Shown piece by piece: positions 52,436 through 61,587 of a stretch of DNA of 64,000 bases. The stretch is from an uncultured Candidatus Rokubacteria bacterium. Lineage in GTDB: Bacteria; Methylomirabilota; Methylomirabilia; Rokubacteriales; DASRDR01. Made by a program: the position numbers and the translations under genes. Every line of letters starts with the position of its first letter. Within the stretch, counting starts at the first letter, position 1. Below the pieces are notes generated by a model. The model was not told where the DNA came from. It did not search any database and worked only from the letters and a program-made list of their open reading frames with translations. The stretch covers positions 352,001 through 416,000 of the forward strand of contig CAWGVS010000012.1 of assembly GCA_963826115.1 (NCBI GenBank), written 5' to 3'.

Positions 52436-53422
52436 ATGCCCAGGCGAAGCGTGACGGAGAGGCTCCGGAGCGGCGAGGTGCTGCTCATGGACGGCGGGAC
52501 CGGCTCGGAGCTCCAGCGGCGCGGGGTCGAGGTGCTGCTGGGCTCGAAGGGCGACAAGCTCGGGCCCTGGTCGGCGACCGCGAACCTGGACGCCGGGGAT
52601 GTGGTCCAGCAGGTCCACCAGGACTACCTGCGCGTGGGCGCCGACATCATCATCAGCAACAACTTCCGGACCACGCGCACGCGGCTCGCGCCCGTGGGTC
52701 TCGGGGACCGGTGGCAGGAGTACGCGCGCGCGGGTGGGCGGCTCGCGGTCCAGGCCCGGAACGCGATCAACCCCGAGGCGTACGTGGCCGGCGGGATGGC
52801 CGCCCCCGGACTCGGCATGCTCCACGAGCAACCCGGGACCGACGTCCAGATCATGGGCGACGAGGCGTACCGCCGGGAGTTCGCCGAGCACTCGCGGGTC
52901 CTGGCGGAGACCGGCGTCGACGTCATGCTGCCGGAGTTCGTCAACTACATCGCGGATTGCGTGGCGGCGGTGGACGCCTGCGCCGAAGCGGGCCGCCCCG
53001 TGTGGCTCGGCGTGCCGACCGTGACGACCGAGGGCATCACGCGGAACGGCGAGACCATGGAGGGCCTCGCGCACGCGCTGCGGGGCCATCCGGTCGCGGC
53101 GATCCTCTTGATGTGCAGCCGGCCCGAGGCCATCAGCGCGACCCTGCCGCGCCTTCGCCAGGCCTTCGACGGCCCGATCGGCGCCTACCCGAACGTCGGC
53201 TACAACCCGATGGCGCCGGTGGGCGGCCGCGTGCACCTCGGGCCCGACATCATCTCGGCGCAGGCCACCAGCCCGACGCAGCTGGCGCAGTACGCCGAGG
53301 AGTGGATCGAGATCGGCGCCCAGATCGTCGGGGGCTGCTGCGCCACCGGCCCCGAGCACATCATGGCCATGAAGGTCGTGGTGGACCACGCCCGCGCCGG
53401 GCGCCCGCGCGTCGGCGCGTAG
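52436..53422 (+). CDS. Homocysteine S-methyltransferase family protein
   Basis: LMDGGTGSEL, HQDYLRVGADII, LLMCS and IVGGCC. Confidence 0.88.
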   Translation: MPRRSVTERLRSGEVLLMDGGTGSELQRRGVEVLLGSKGDKLGPWSATANLDAGDVVQQVHQDYLRVGADIIISNNFRTTRTRLAPVGLGDRWQEYARAGGRLAVQARNAINPEAYVAGGMAAPGLGMLHEQPGTDVQIMGDEAYRREFAEHSRVLAETGVDVMLPEFVNYIADCVAAVDACAEAGRPVWLGVPTVTTEGITRNGETMEGLAHALRGHPVAAILLMCSRPEAISATLPRLRQAFDGPIGAYPNVGYNPMAPVGGRVHLGPDIISAQATSPTQLAQYAEEWIEIGAQIVGGCCATGPEHIMAMKVVVDHARAGRPRVGA

Positions 53423-53433
53423 GCGTCCCGGGC

Positions 53434-55464
53434 ATGCGCATCGTCGAGGCGCCCCCCGGGACGTACCGGGAGATCGAGAACGTCTGGATCCCCGCCGGCA
53501 CGTCCGGCCACCGCATGGCGGCGCGGCTCTGGCTCCCCGCCGGCGCGGAGTCGCGCCCGGTGCCCGCCATCCTCACCTACCTCCCGTACCGGAAGCGCGA
53601 CTCGACCCGCGCCGGTGACGATCCCATGCACCGGTACTTCGCCGGCCACGGCTACGCGTGTCTCCGCGTCGACATGCGCGGGTCCGGCGACTCCGACGGC
53701 CTGATGGACGACGAGTACGCGCCGCAGGAGCTCACCGACGGCAAGGCCGTGATCGCGTGGATCGCGGCCCAGCCCTGGTGCTCGGGCAAGGTCGGCATGA
53801 TCGGGAGCTCCTGGGGCGGGTTCAACGCGCTCCAGATCGCCGCGCTCCGGCCGCCCGCCCTCGCGGCGATCGTCACGAACTGCTCGACCGACGACCGCTA
53901 CACGGACGACATGCACTACATGGGCGGGTGCCTCCTGAACGACATGCTCGACTGGGGCTCGTCGTTCTTCGCGCGGCTCCACCGGCCACCGGACCCCGAG
54001 ATCTCGGGGCCCGACTGGCGCCGGAAGTGGCGGGAGCGCCTCGATCTCCTGGCATTCCCGGTCGCGGTGTGGCTCCGCCACCAGCGCCGCGACGCCTACT
54101 GGAAGCACGGCTCGGTGAACGAGGACTACGCGGCGATCCGGTGCCCGGTCTTCGCGACGGGCGGCTGGATGGACGGCTACTCGAACGCCATCCCGCGCCT
54201 CCTCGCTCGCCTCACGGTGCCGCGGCTCGGCCTGATCGGCGCCTGGGGCCACAAGTACGGCCACCAGGCCGTCCCCGGCCCGGCGATCGGCTATCTCCAG
54301 GAGTGCGTCCGCTGGTTCGACCACTGGCTGAAGGGCCGGGACACCGGGATCATGAAGGAGCCGATGCTGCGCGCCTTCATGCAGGAGGCGGTGCCCCCGG
54401 TCGGCGACTACCCGGTCTGTCCCGGCCGCTGGATCGCCGAGCCCGTCTGGCCGCCGCGGCGCGCGACCCGGCCGCGCCGCCTCCACCTGAACGCGGGGGG
54501 CGCGCTCGGCGCCCGCGCGGGCCGCGCCGTGGCGCTCACGCACCGCTCCGAGCAGACGATCGGCGTCGCCGCCGGGGAGTGGTGCCCCCACGGCATCGGC
54601 GGCTACGGCCCCCAGTGCCCGACCGACCAGCGCGAGGACGACGCGCGGAGCCTCGTCTTCGAGACGGCGCCGCTCCGCCGCCCGCTCGAGATCCTGGGCC
54701 AGCCGGCGGTGCGCCTCACGCTCGCCGTCGACCAGCCGGTGGCCTTCGTCGCCGTGCGGCTGAACGACGTCTTCCCCGACGGCCGCGTGTCGCGCGTCAC
54801 CTTCGGCGTCCTCAACCTCGCGCACCGGGACTCCCACGAGACGCCGACGCCGGTGCCGGTCGGCAAGCGCCTCACGGTCCGCGTGCCGCTCAATGACGTC
54901 GCGTACTCCTTCAAGACCGGCCACCGGATCCGCGTGGCCCTCTCGACGACCTACTGGCCGATGGTCTGGCCCGCGCCGGCGCCGGTCACGCTCCGGCTCA
55001 CCACCGGCGCGAGCGCGCTGGAGCTGCCAGTGCGCGCGCGGCGCCCGATCGACCGGACGGTCCGGTTCGGGCCGCCGGAGCAGGGCCCGCCGATGGCCAA
55101 GACCGTGGTCGAGCCGCCGACGTCCGTCCGCGTGATCGAGCGCGACGTGGTCGCGGGGTCGACCACCATCCGGGCCGAGGAGAACGAGGGCCGCGCGGTC
55201 ATCGCCGACACCGGCGTCGAGATGGGCCGGTGGGTCAAGGAGCGCCTCACGATCACCGAGGGCGATCCGCTCAGCGCGGAGACCGAGATGGGGAGCGTCT
55301 TCAGCTACGCGAAGGGCGCCTGGCGGACCCGGGTCTCGGGCCGCTGCCGCCTGCGGGCGAGCGCGACCGAGTGGCTCCTCTCCGCCGACCTCGACGCCTG
55401 GGAGGGCGACCAGCCGGTCCTGAGCCGCCACCTCGAGGTGCCGATCCCGCGCGATCTGATGTAG
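53434..55464 (+). CDS. CocE/NonD family hydrolase (peptidase S15)
   Basis: YLPYRK, VDMRGSGDS, GSSWGG nucleophile and GAWGH. Confidence 0.92.
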   Translation: MRIVEAPPGTYREIENVWIPAGTSGHRMAARLWLPAGAESRPVPAILTYLPYRKRDSTRAGDDPMHRYFAGHGYACLRVDMRGSGDSDGLMDDEYAPQELTDGKAVIAWIAAQPWCSGKVGMIGSSWGGFNALQIAALRPPALAAIVTNCSTDDRYTDDMHYMGGCLLNDMLDWGSSFFARLHRPPDPEISGPDWRRKWRERLDLLAFPVAVWLRHQRRDAYWKHGSVNEDYAAIRCPVFATGGWMDGYSNAIPRLLARLTVPRLGLIGAWGHKYGHQAVPGPAIGYLQECVRWFDHWLKGRDTGIMKEPMLRAFMQEAVPPVGDYPVCPGRWIAEPVWPPRRATRPRRLHLNAGGALGARAGRAVALTHRSEQTIGVAAGEWCPHGIGGYGPQCPTDQREDDARSLVFETAPLRRPLEILGQPAVRLTLAVDQPVAFVAVRLNDVFPDGRVSRVTFGVLNLAHRDSHETPTPVPVGKRLTVRVPLNDVAYSFKTGHRIRVALSTTYWPMVWPAPAPVTLRLTTGASALELPVRARRPIDRTVRFGPPEQGPPMAKTVVEPPTSVRVIERDVVAGSTTIRAEENEGRAVIADTGVEMGRWVKERLTITEGDPLSAETEMGSVFSYAKGAWRTRVSGRCRLRASATEWLLSADLDAWEGDQPVLSRHLEVPIPRDLM

Positions 55465-55581
55465 CGGTCCGGGCCCGCGCCGCGGCAGGGGGGTCGGGGC
55501 AACGGCGCTCGTTGGACGGAGCCCAAGCCCGGTCCGTTCGCCAGTTTGACTCGCTCCCGGCGTTTTGCCACGATCGCCGCG

Positions 55582-56919
55582 ATGCCCCTGCCCTCCCGAG
55601 ACCTCGGCGCTCGCGCGCGCGTGGAGGCCGCCTTCGCGCGCGAGGAGCGCCGCGGGCTCATGCTGGCGACCGCCACACGCTCGGCCGCGGTGGCGATCAT
55701 CATCGCGTGGTTGGCGCTGACGAACCCCGAGCCGGCTCTGGCCTTCGCGTGGGTGCTCGGGACCGCCGGATTCTTTCTCGTTACCGGCCTGGCTCAGTTC
55801 GCGATGTACTTCCGGGGCACGGCGTCGCCGACCACCCCGTACCTCTTCATGCTGCTCGACGCGCTGGCTCTGGCCGCCGTCCTGCTGCTCCCCAACCCCT
55901 TTGCCGCGGTCGGCCTGCCGCAGGCCTTGCCGCTGCGCTACGCGTCGTTCATGTATTTCTTCCTCTTCCTCATGCAGGCGGCCTTCTCGTTCCGGCCGCG
56001 CCTTCTGCTGTGGACGGGGCTGTGCGGGATGGTGGCCTGGACGTCGGGGTTCCTCTGGATCGTGACCCGACCCGAGACCGTCCTCGACCCGCCGGGCAGC
56101 AAGAGCCGCGGGACCATGCTCGCGACGTACCTCGACCCGAACTACGTATCCGTTCTCAAGTATCAGAACGAGATGCTCGCCTTCCTGCTGGTGAGCGCCG
56201 GGCTGGCCCTCCTCGTCCGCCGCTCGCGCGCCCTGGTGGCGGAGCGGGCCGAGGCCGAGCGCACCCGCAGCAACCTCGCCCGGTACTTCTCACCCAAGGT
56301 GGTCGACACGCTCGCCGAGCGTGACGAACCCCTGGGCCGCGTGCGCCGGCAGGCCGTCGGCGTGCTCTTCGCCGACCTGGTGGGGTTCACCACGATGGCC
56401 GAAGAGATGACGCCGGAGGAGGTCATGGCGCTCCTCCGGGACTTCCACGGGCGGATGGAGGAGATGGTGTTCCGGCACGGCGGCTGTCTCGAGAAGTTCA
56501 TCGGGGATGCGCTGCTCGCGACGTTCGGCGTGCCGGATCCGGGGCCTCGGGACGCGACCGACACGATCGCCTGCGCGCGCGGGATGCAAGCCGCCCTCGC
56601 GGCCTGGAATCGCGAGCGGGCGGAGCGCGGGCTGCCGGCGCTGCGGATGGGTCTGGGGCTCCACTACGGCCCGGTGGTGGCCGGCGACATCGGGAGCCGC
56701 CGGAGTATGGCCTTCGCGACGGTCGGTGACACGACGAACGTCACCAGCCGCCTGCAGAGCCTCACCCGCGAGCTGGGTGTCGACCTCGTTGTCAGCGGCG
56801 CGCTGGTCGCCGCCGTCGAGCGCGAGGCGGCCGACCCCGACGCGCTGCGGGGCCTCACCTCGCGCGGCCGGCATGCGCTGCGCGGCCGCGATGCGCCGAT
56901 CGATCTGTGGGCGGAGTAG
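55582..56919 (+). CDS. Membrane-bound class III adenylate/guanylate cyclase
   Basis: About 6 TM segments, LFADLVGFT, KFIGDA, GLHYG and GDTTNVTSRL. Confidence 0.92.
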   Translation: MPLPSRDLGARARVEAAFAREERRGLMLATATRSAAVAIIIAWLALTNPEPALAFAWVLGTAGFFLVTGLAQFAMYFRGTASPTTPYLFMLLDALALAAVLLLPNPFAAVGLPQALPLRYASFMYFFLFLMQAAFSFRPRLLLWTGLCGMVAWTSGFLWIVTRPETVLDPPGSKSRGTMLATYLDPNYVSVLKYQNEMLAFLLVSAGLALLVRRSRALVAERAEAERTRSNLARYFSPKVVDTLAERDEPLGRVRRQAVGVLFADLVGFTTMAEEMTPEEVMALLRDFHGRMEEMVFRHGGCLEKFIGDALLATFGVPDPGPRDATDTIACARGMQAALAAWNRERAERGLPALRMGLGLHYGPVVAGDIGSRRSMAFATVGDTTNVTSRLQSLTRELGVDLVVSGALVAAVEREAADPDALRGLTSRGRHALRGRDAPIDLWAE

Positions 56920-57023
56920 GCGCGGGCCCGGCGCGATCACCGCCACCCGCGATTCTCGGATCGACGACAATCGCCGAATGTCCCCGAGCTCTGGGACCAC
57001 ACACTGAACGAAACTCCTGTCTC

Positions 57024-57050
57024 GGCTCCAACGGGATTCGAACCCGTGGT
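57024..57050 (-). repeat. Isolated tRNA 3'-end fragment (T-arm plus acceptor strand, Glu-like); putative att site
   Basis: Minus strand CACGGG-TTCGAAT-CCCGT-TGGAGCC: perfect T stem-loop with no D or anticodon arm. Confidence 0.72.
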
Positions 57051-57601
57051 TTAGTCACGACCACGCTTTCGCCGTCAACTCCACTGACTTACGCGCGGCA
57101 TGATTCTGAACAAGCGTCCATCACTCAAGCTTCAGCATGCACGGCCTGACGGCATGCAGAGTTAGAGACGACGCTCAAACCGCGACCTGCGCCTTGAGAA
57201 GGCGGATCTTCCCTGGTCGCCACGCTCCGCGACGGGCCGACCTCGCCGTCAGCCCAACGAGCGCATACCCTGGGTCGCCGGACTCTAGCGGCGGCTGGCC
57301 GGTCCAGCAAGGGCCAGCGTGGGCCGGGACGGACTCGGGTGAGAACCGGCTCCCACGGGTCGGCGGGTAGACTGGGACAGCAGCGGCTGAGGGTGGACGC
57401 CGGGACCGACGGCGGGTCACGATGCCGTGGCCCACCGACCCGGCGGTGGCCCGGGCGCCAGCCCGAGCACGCCGAGCAGGCGCCGCGCCGCATGGGGCTC
57501 GGTCACCGTGCCCACGATCCGGCACGCGCCGGCACCGCGGGGACAGACGAGAACTTCGATCGCGAGCCCTCGACTCGCGAATCGCGCGACGACGGGGGGC
57601 G

Positions 57602-57850
57602 TTACTTGTAGACGTTCAGCGCCTTGAGGATAGCGATCAGCACCACGGCGCCGATGATACTGATCATCCAGGCGCCCACCGAGCCCACCGCCACGATCCC
57701 GAGCGCCCCTGCCAGCCAGAACCCGAGCACAGCGCCGATGATCCCGATGACGATATTGGCGATGATGCCCATCTGGGCGCTCGTCTTCATGACGAGGCTG
57801 GCCAACCATCCGATCACTCCCCCGATAATCAGGGTCACGATGAGGCTCAT
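57602..57850 (-). CDS. GlsB/YeaQ/YmgE family membrane protein
   Basis: 68/82 aa identical to the 9486-9734 protein. Confidence 0.88.
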   Translation of the reverse strand: MSLIVTLIIGGVIGWLASLVMKTSAQMGIIANIVIGIIGAVLGFWLAGALGIVAVGSVGAWMISIIGAVVLIAILKALNVYK

Positions 57851-57883
57851 AGCCCCTCCCTCCGCAGACGGGTCGTTCGATCG

Positions 57884-58150
57884 CTATCCCGCGGGCGCCG
57901 GTGCGACGCCGGGGCCTCCTTGCTCGCCGTCCCTGCCGATCCGGTAGAGGACCCACCCGCTGGCCCCCTGACCGCCCAGGCGCTCGGCCCGCTCGAAGAG
58001 GCTCAAGCGGCCTGTCCGCCGAGCCGGTGGGTGCTCCGCAAGGACCGCCTTCCAGCCGAGCGCCACGGCCTCCGCCGGTAGGGGCGCTTCGATGCTGTAA
58101 CGCGCCAGGATGCCTCGCCTCTCGTTGTAGAACTGCATCCGCCACTTCAT
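57884..58150 (-). CDS. Small hypothetical protein
   Basis: GAGGAGG RBS, 88 aa. Confidence 0.55.
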   Translation of the reverse strand: MKWRMQFYNERRGILARYSIEAPLPAEAVALGWKAVLAEHPPARRTGRLSLFERAERLGGQGASGWVLYRIGRDGEQGGPGVAPAPAG

Positions 58151-58208
58151 CGCCGACCTCCTCGCCGACCCTACCGCGCGTCCCGGTCGGCGCCAGGCCA
58201 GTCCAGCC

Positions 58209-58571
58209 TCACAGGTCCTTCAGCCGGTCCGTCATCTCCTGGATCCGCTGCCGCTGGTCGTCTCCTTCGCCGCCTTGGGGCGGCGGCACGGCTGTGGCCA
58301 TGTCCGCGCGCTTCCGATTGGCCGCCGCGATCCACTTGTCGATCTGTTCCATCCACACCCGGACCCGAGCTTCCTCGCTCGTGAAGATCAGCTCCCGATG
58401 CTTCACGGTGATTCGACTCGGATGACACGGCTCAGTCCATTCCTCGGGCGCCTGAAAGACCCGCCGCCACTCACGTGAGGGGGTCGCGTTGAGCGTCACG
58501 CTCAACTGGAACTCCGAGCCTCGCACGCCGATGGGAATCGGCGGACCGGTACGCGTGATCTCATCCACCAT
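58209..58571 (-). CDS. Hypothetical protein
   Basis: GGAGG RBS; MVDEITRTGPP... Confidence 0.55.
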   Translation of the reverse strand: MVDEITRTGPPIPIGVRGSEFQLSVTLNATPSREWRRVFQAPEEWTEPCHPSRITVKHRELIFTSEEARVRVWMEQIDKWIAAANRKRADMATAVPPPQGGEGDDQRQRIQEMTDRLKDL

Positions 58572-58800
58572 GTGAGCCTCCGGTACTTTGCCCCTGGGCC
58601 GTGGGTGTGCTCTCAGCGACCGGCGCCGCTTCCGCTGGGCGGGCGTCCCTCGACGAGGGCGCCTGCGCGCGGTGCTGCGCCGCCGCGAGGCACCCCCCAT
58701 GAATCACGTTGTCTCGCCTCAGGAACGCGAGCCCGGTGCCTTGAGAAATGGATCGCGCGCAGACCGGACAGACAGGATCGCGCGTGTCGCCGGATGCCAT
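58561..58800 (-). CDS. Small putative zinc-finger protein
   Basis: CPVC...HGGC motif. Confidence 0.45.
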   Translation of the reverse strand: MASGDTRDPVCPVCARSISQGTGLAFLRRDNVIHGGCLAAAQHRAQAPSSRDARPAEAAPVAESTPTAQGQSTGGSHGG

Positions 58801-58852
58801 GATTTCACCGCCTCTTGTTGTGCCGAGGCTCCGCCTCTCGCCGAGAGGGGCC

Positions 58853-59167
58853 TCAGGGCTCCCTGCGCGCACCCGATGCCCCCGTCAGCGACTCCCCGTC
58901 AACCTCGATGAAGACGAGCGCGGGCGGCCATTCAGCGTGATTCACCCAGACTGCGGACGCGAGGGATCCCGTCCGTGGATCCATGCCTTGCCAGACACCG
59001 CCTGCCGGGTGGCGATCACGTCGGCTGGTCGTCGTCTCCCGCTTGCATTCCTCGAATCCTTCCTGTGAGAGGACGTTCACGATGTCCTCCGGCGTCGCGA
59101 CCCAGCCGCGCTCCCGTTCGATCCAGGTGATGTGGCTATGCTCCTGGAGCGCCTTGAACCCTCTCAT
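58853..59167 (-). CDS. Hypothetical protein
   Basis: GGGGAG RBS; MRGFKALQEHSHITW... Confidence 0.55.
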   Translation of the reverse strand: MRGFKALQEHSHITWIERERGWVATPEDIVNVLSQEGFEECKRETTTSRRDRHPAGGVWQGMDPRTGSLASAVWVNHAEWPPALVFIEVDGESLTGASGARREP

Positions 59168-59262
59168 CGCATGGTGCTCCCCGTATGCATGAAGACCCTG
59201 GGAGACGCGATGCCGGGCCCCCGCAGCATGGAGGGTCATCCGGCCGCGGCGCCGCCCCGATC

Positions 59263-59655
59263 CTAGCTGCTCGGCATCAGTAGCGTGGCGCAGGCCTCGG
59301 CCACTCGGCGATCCGGCTCCTGCTCACCCGGCATCGTTGCCCATCCCTGCTTGCCGACATACTCGCCGCGTTGCCACGTGCTCTCGTCCTTCATGGCCAC
59401 GAGCTTCGGGCCCTTTCCCGAATCCCGCGCGGACTGGGTGACACAGATCGGGGCCAGGCGCTGGACGACCGCGTCACGGGCCATGGTCTCCGCCGTCTGC
59501 CGGGCAGTGCCCCCCGTGACCCAGCCGCCCCAGCTGAAGCCGACGATCATCGTGAGCACCATCGAGGCGACGCAACACCAGAAGAGCGCCGTCTTGCTCG
59601 GTCGGGCGTCACTCCACCGCTGTCCCCAACTCACCTTGTCTCTCTTCGCATCCAT
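59263..59655 (-). CDS. Conserved single-TM hypothetical protein
   Basis: GGAGGAGG RBS; GFSWGGWVTGGTA, LAPICV, GWATMPG and VAEAC. Confidence 0.7.
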   Translation of the reverse strand: MDAKRDKVSWGQRWSDARPSKTALFWCCVASMVLTMIVGFSWGGWVTGGTARQTAETMARDAVVQRLAPICVTQSARDSGKGPKLVAMKDESTWQRGEYVGKQGWATMPGEQEPDRRVAEACATLLMPSS

Positions 59656-59674
59656 GTTGGCTCCTCCTCCACGA

Positions 59675-59965
59675 TCACGACGTTGGTCGGATGCCGGCGC
59701 GGGTGCGCCGGGCGGAATCCTCGGGGGCGGGAAGGATCGTACGCTGGGCAATGATCAGGCCCGTCGCGCCGACCGCCGCGACGATGGTCGCCGCCATCAG
59801 GCTCGGGTTGGGTGCGACCAGCGGGCTCTGGAAGAACCAGCTCACGGCCACGCTCCCGACAAGACCGAGCGCGATGTCCCATCCCCGCCCGTAACCTCGC
59901 TTCATGACGAACCCGGCCACCAGGCCCGCCAGCACTGCCACGAGCACCCACATGACGAGATTCAT
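59675..59965 (-). CDS. GlsB/YeaQ/YmgE-like membrane protein
   Basis: LAGLVAGFVMK.G.G..WDIALGLVGS. Confidence 0.65.
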   Translation of the reverse strand: MNLVMWVLVAVLAGLVAGFVMKRGYGRGWDIALGLVGSVAVSWFFQSPLVAPNPSLMAATIVAAVGATGLIIAQRTILPAPEDSARRTRAGIRPTS

Positions 59966-59978
59966 GACTGTTGCCCCT

Positions 59979-61067
59979 TCATGGGTTGTCCTTGCGCCGC
60001 CTGGCTGACCCGTCGCCGTCTCCCGTGTGTGCGGCCCGGCGCGGGACGCCCGGACGGCACGAGGACCGCGTCGCCGGGCTCAGGAGGGTTGGGCCGTCGC
60101 GATGGCCGTCGTCTCGCGCCAAGATGGCGCCCAGCATCTGAATGGCGCGCTGATTGAGCGCCCGGTCGTCGACGATCACCAGCATCGTGGGCCCAACGAG
60201 GGCCTGAACTCGCTCGGCGGCCGAGGTGGAGCACACAACGACGTTCACCCGCCGCACCAGCCGATTTAGCCCAGGCCCCTCGAGCGAGCCGGCCTCGACC
60301 CGCGCAATGTTCGGCAGGGCCGCATTGGCGATCGAGTGCTCCAGGTTGTGGGCTGTTTCGGCCTCGGCGGACACCACGCCGACCCGCGTCCCCGACGGCA
60401 ACTGGGCCAGGCGGTGGAGGGTCTCGAGATGGGCTTCCGCGAGAAGCGCGAGCACCGGCACTCCCCGGCCCTCCAGCAGCCGCTCCACGCCCGGCAGGTG
60501 CCCGAAGCTCGTGACCGCCGCTCGCCAGTGACCCGCTCGCTTCCGACGCCGCACGGCCCCCGCCAACTCGCTGAGCAGCACCTTGTCGACCCGGACCGGG
60601 AGCTGCGCCTCGAGCTCCCGGGCGAAGAAGTCGAGCTCCGCGTGGCTACACTCGATCAGGAGGATCTCGACGGTCCCTCGGCGAGCGGCCAGCCCGGCGC
60701 CGGCCACGCTGAGGACACCTATCGTCACGTCGTCCGGGGTCATGCCGAGGGCGGCGGCGCGGATCACCGTGTCCTTCAAGAAGTCTTCGCGCAGCGTCGG
60801 GGAGGGGCGCGTCGGCAAGGTCGAGGCCACGAACACCCGCCGGCCGCGCCGTGCCTCCACGTACCCGGTCCGCTTGAGGTCCTCGATCGCGCGCGCCACG
60901 GTGTTCGGATTGATGCCGAGAAAGCCGGCCAGCTCCCGGATGCTCGGCAACGGCTGATTCCGCGGGACGCCACCGCCCTCGATGACGTGCTTCAACTGCT
61001 CCGCCAGCTGCCAGCGGATCGGGATCGGGCTGTGCGCGTCTACCCGGAGGCGCATCGCGATCTTCAT
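59979..61067 (-). CDS. GntR family (YtrA-like) transcriptional regulator with a C-terminal extension
   Basis: PIRWQL, LPSIRELA..LGINPNTVARA..DL...GYV. Confidence 0.88.
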   Translation of the reverse strand: MKIAMRLRVDAHSPIPIRWQLAEQLKHVIEGGGVPRNQPLPSIRELAGFLGINPNTVARAIEDLKRTGYVEARRGRRVFVASTLPTRPSPTLREDFLKDTVIRAAALGMTPDDVTIGVLSVAGAGLAARRGTVEILLIECSHAELDFFARELEAQLPVRVDKVLLSELAGAVRRRKRAGHWRAAVTSFGHLPGVERLLEGRGVPVLALLAEAHLETLHRLAQLPSGTRVGVVSAEAETAHNLEHSIANAALPNIARVEAGSLEGPGLNRLVRRVNVVVCSTSAAERVQALVGPTMLVIVDDRALNQRAIQMLGAILARDDGHRDGPTLLSPATRSSCRPGVPRRAAHTGDGDGSARRRKDNP

Positions 61068-61108
61068 ACTGTATTACAACAATAGTACAGTGGTACGGCG
61101 CGTGTCAA
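61068..61108 (-). promoter_or_regulatory. Sigma70-like promoter overlapped by a palindromic GntR/YtrA-type operator
   Basis: Minus strand TTGACA-N18-TATTGT; palindrome ACTGTATTA-CAACAA-TAGTACAGT (61068-61091) abuts the ATG. Confidence 0.7.
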
Positions 61109-61587
61109 CAGGCTCGACCCCGACGCGATGCGACTTCGGCCCAGACGGCGCGCGTACAGCATGGGCGAACCGTCGCCGGGATCGAGAACCGGAGCGGTTC
61201 CCCTCGGGCAACGAGAACACCGCTCGCCGGGCGGGGCCTGAAGAACGAGGCGGCGCTCCGGCTCAGCCCGTGTGACCCACCCGGCGAGGCTCGCCGATCG
61301 GGAATCGGCGAGGATCACCCCCGTCCTCTACGCCGCCGGGTGGACTGCGATCACCCCGAGGCGGCCCATCGGTTCTCGGACCTGCCCGGAGGCAGGACGT
61401 GGCGGCGTTCTTGAAACGGTCATGGACGCTGATGGATTCTCGATCGGCTTCCCGGGCGATGACATGCGCGCCTGCACGCCATCCGTGTGAATCCCCCGGT
61501 GCAACACCTGGCCGCCGCAGGCCGGGCCCTTGTCGAACGCCATTTCCTCGGGGCCGCCCGCGGCCTGCTCGCGCGGCCGCCTCGCCG

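Noticed and set aside
56990-57100. Complete tRNA gene
   Set aside because: Only the T-arm and acceptor 3' strand are present; no D or anticodon arm and no pairing 5' strand.
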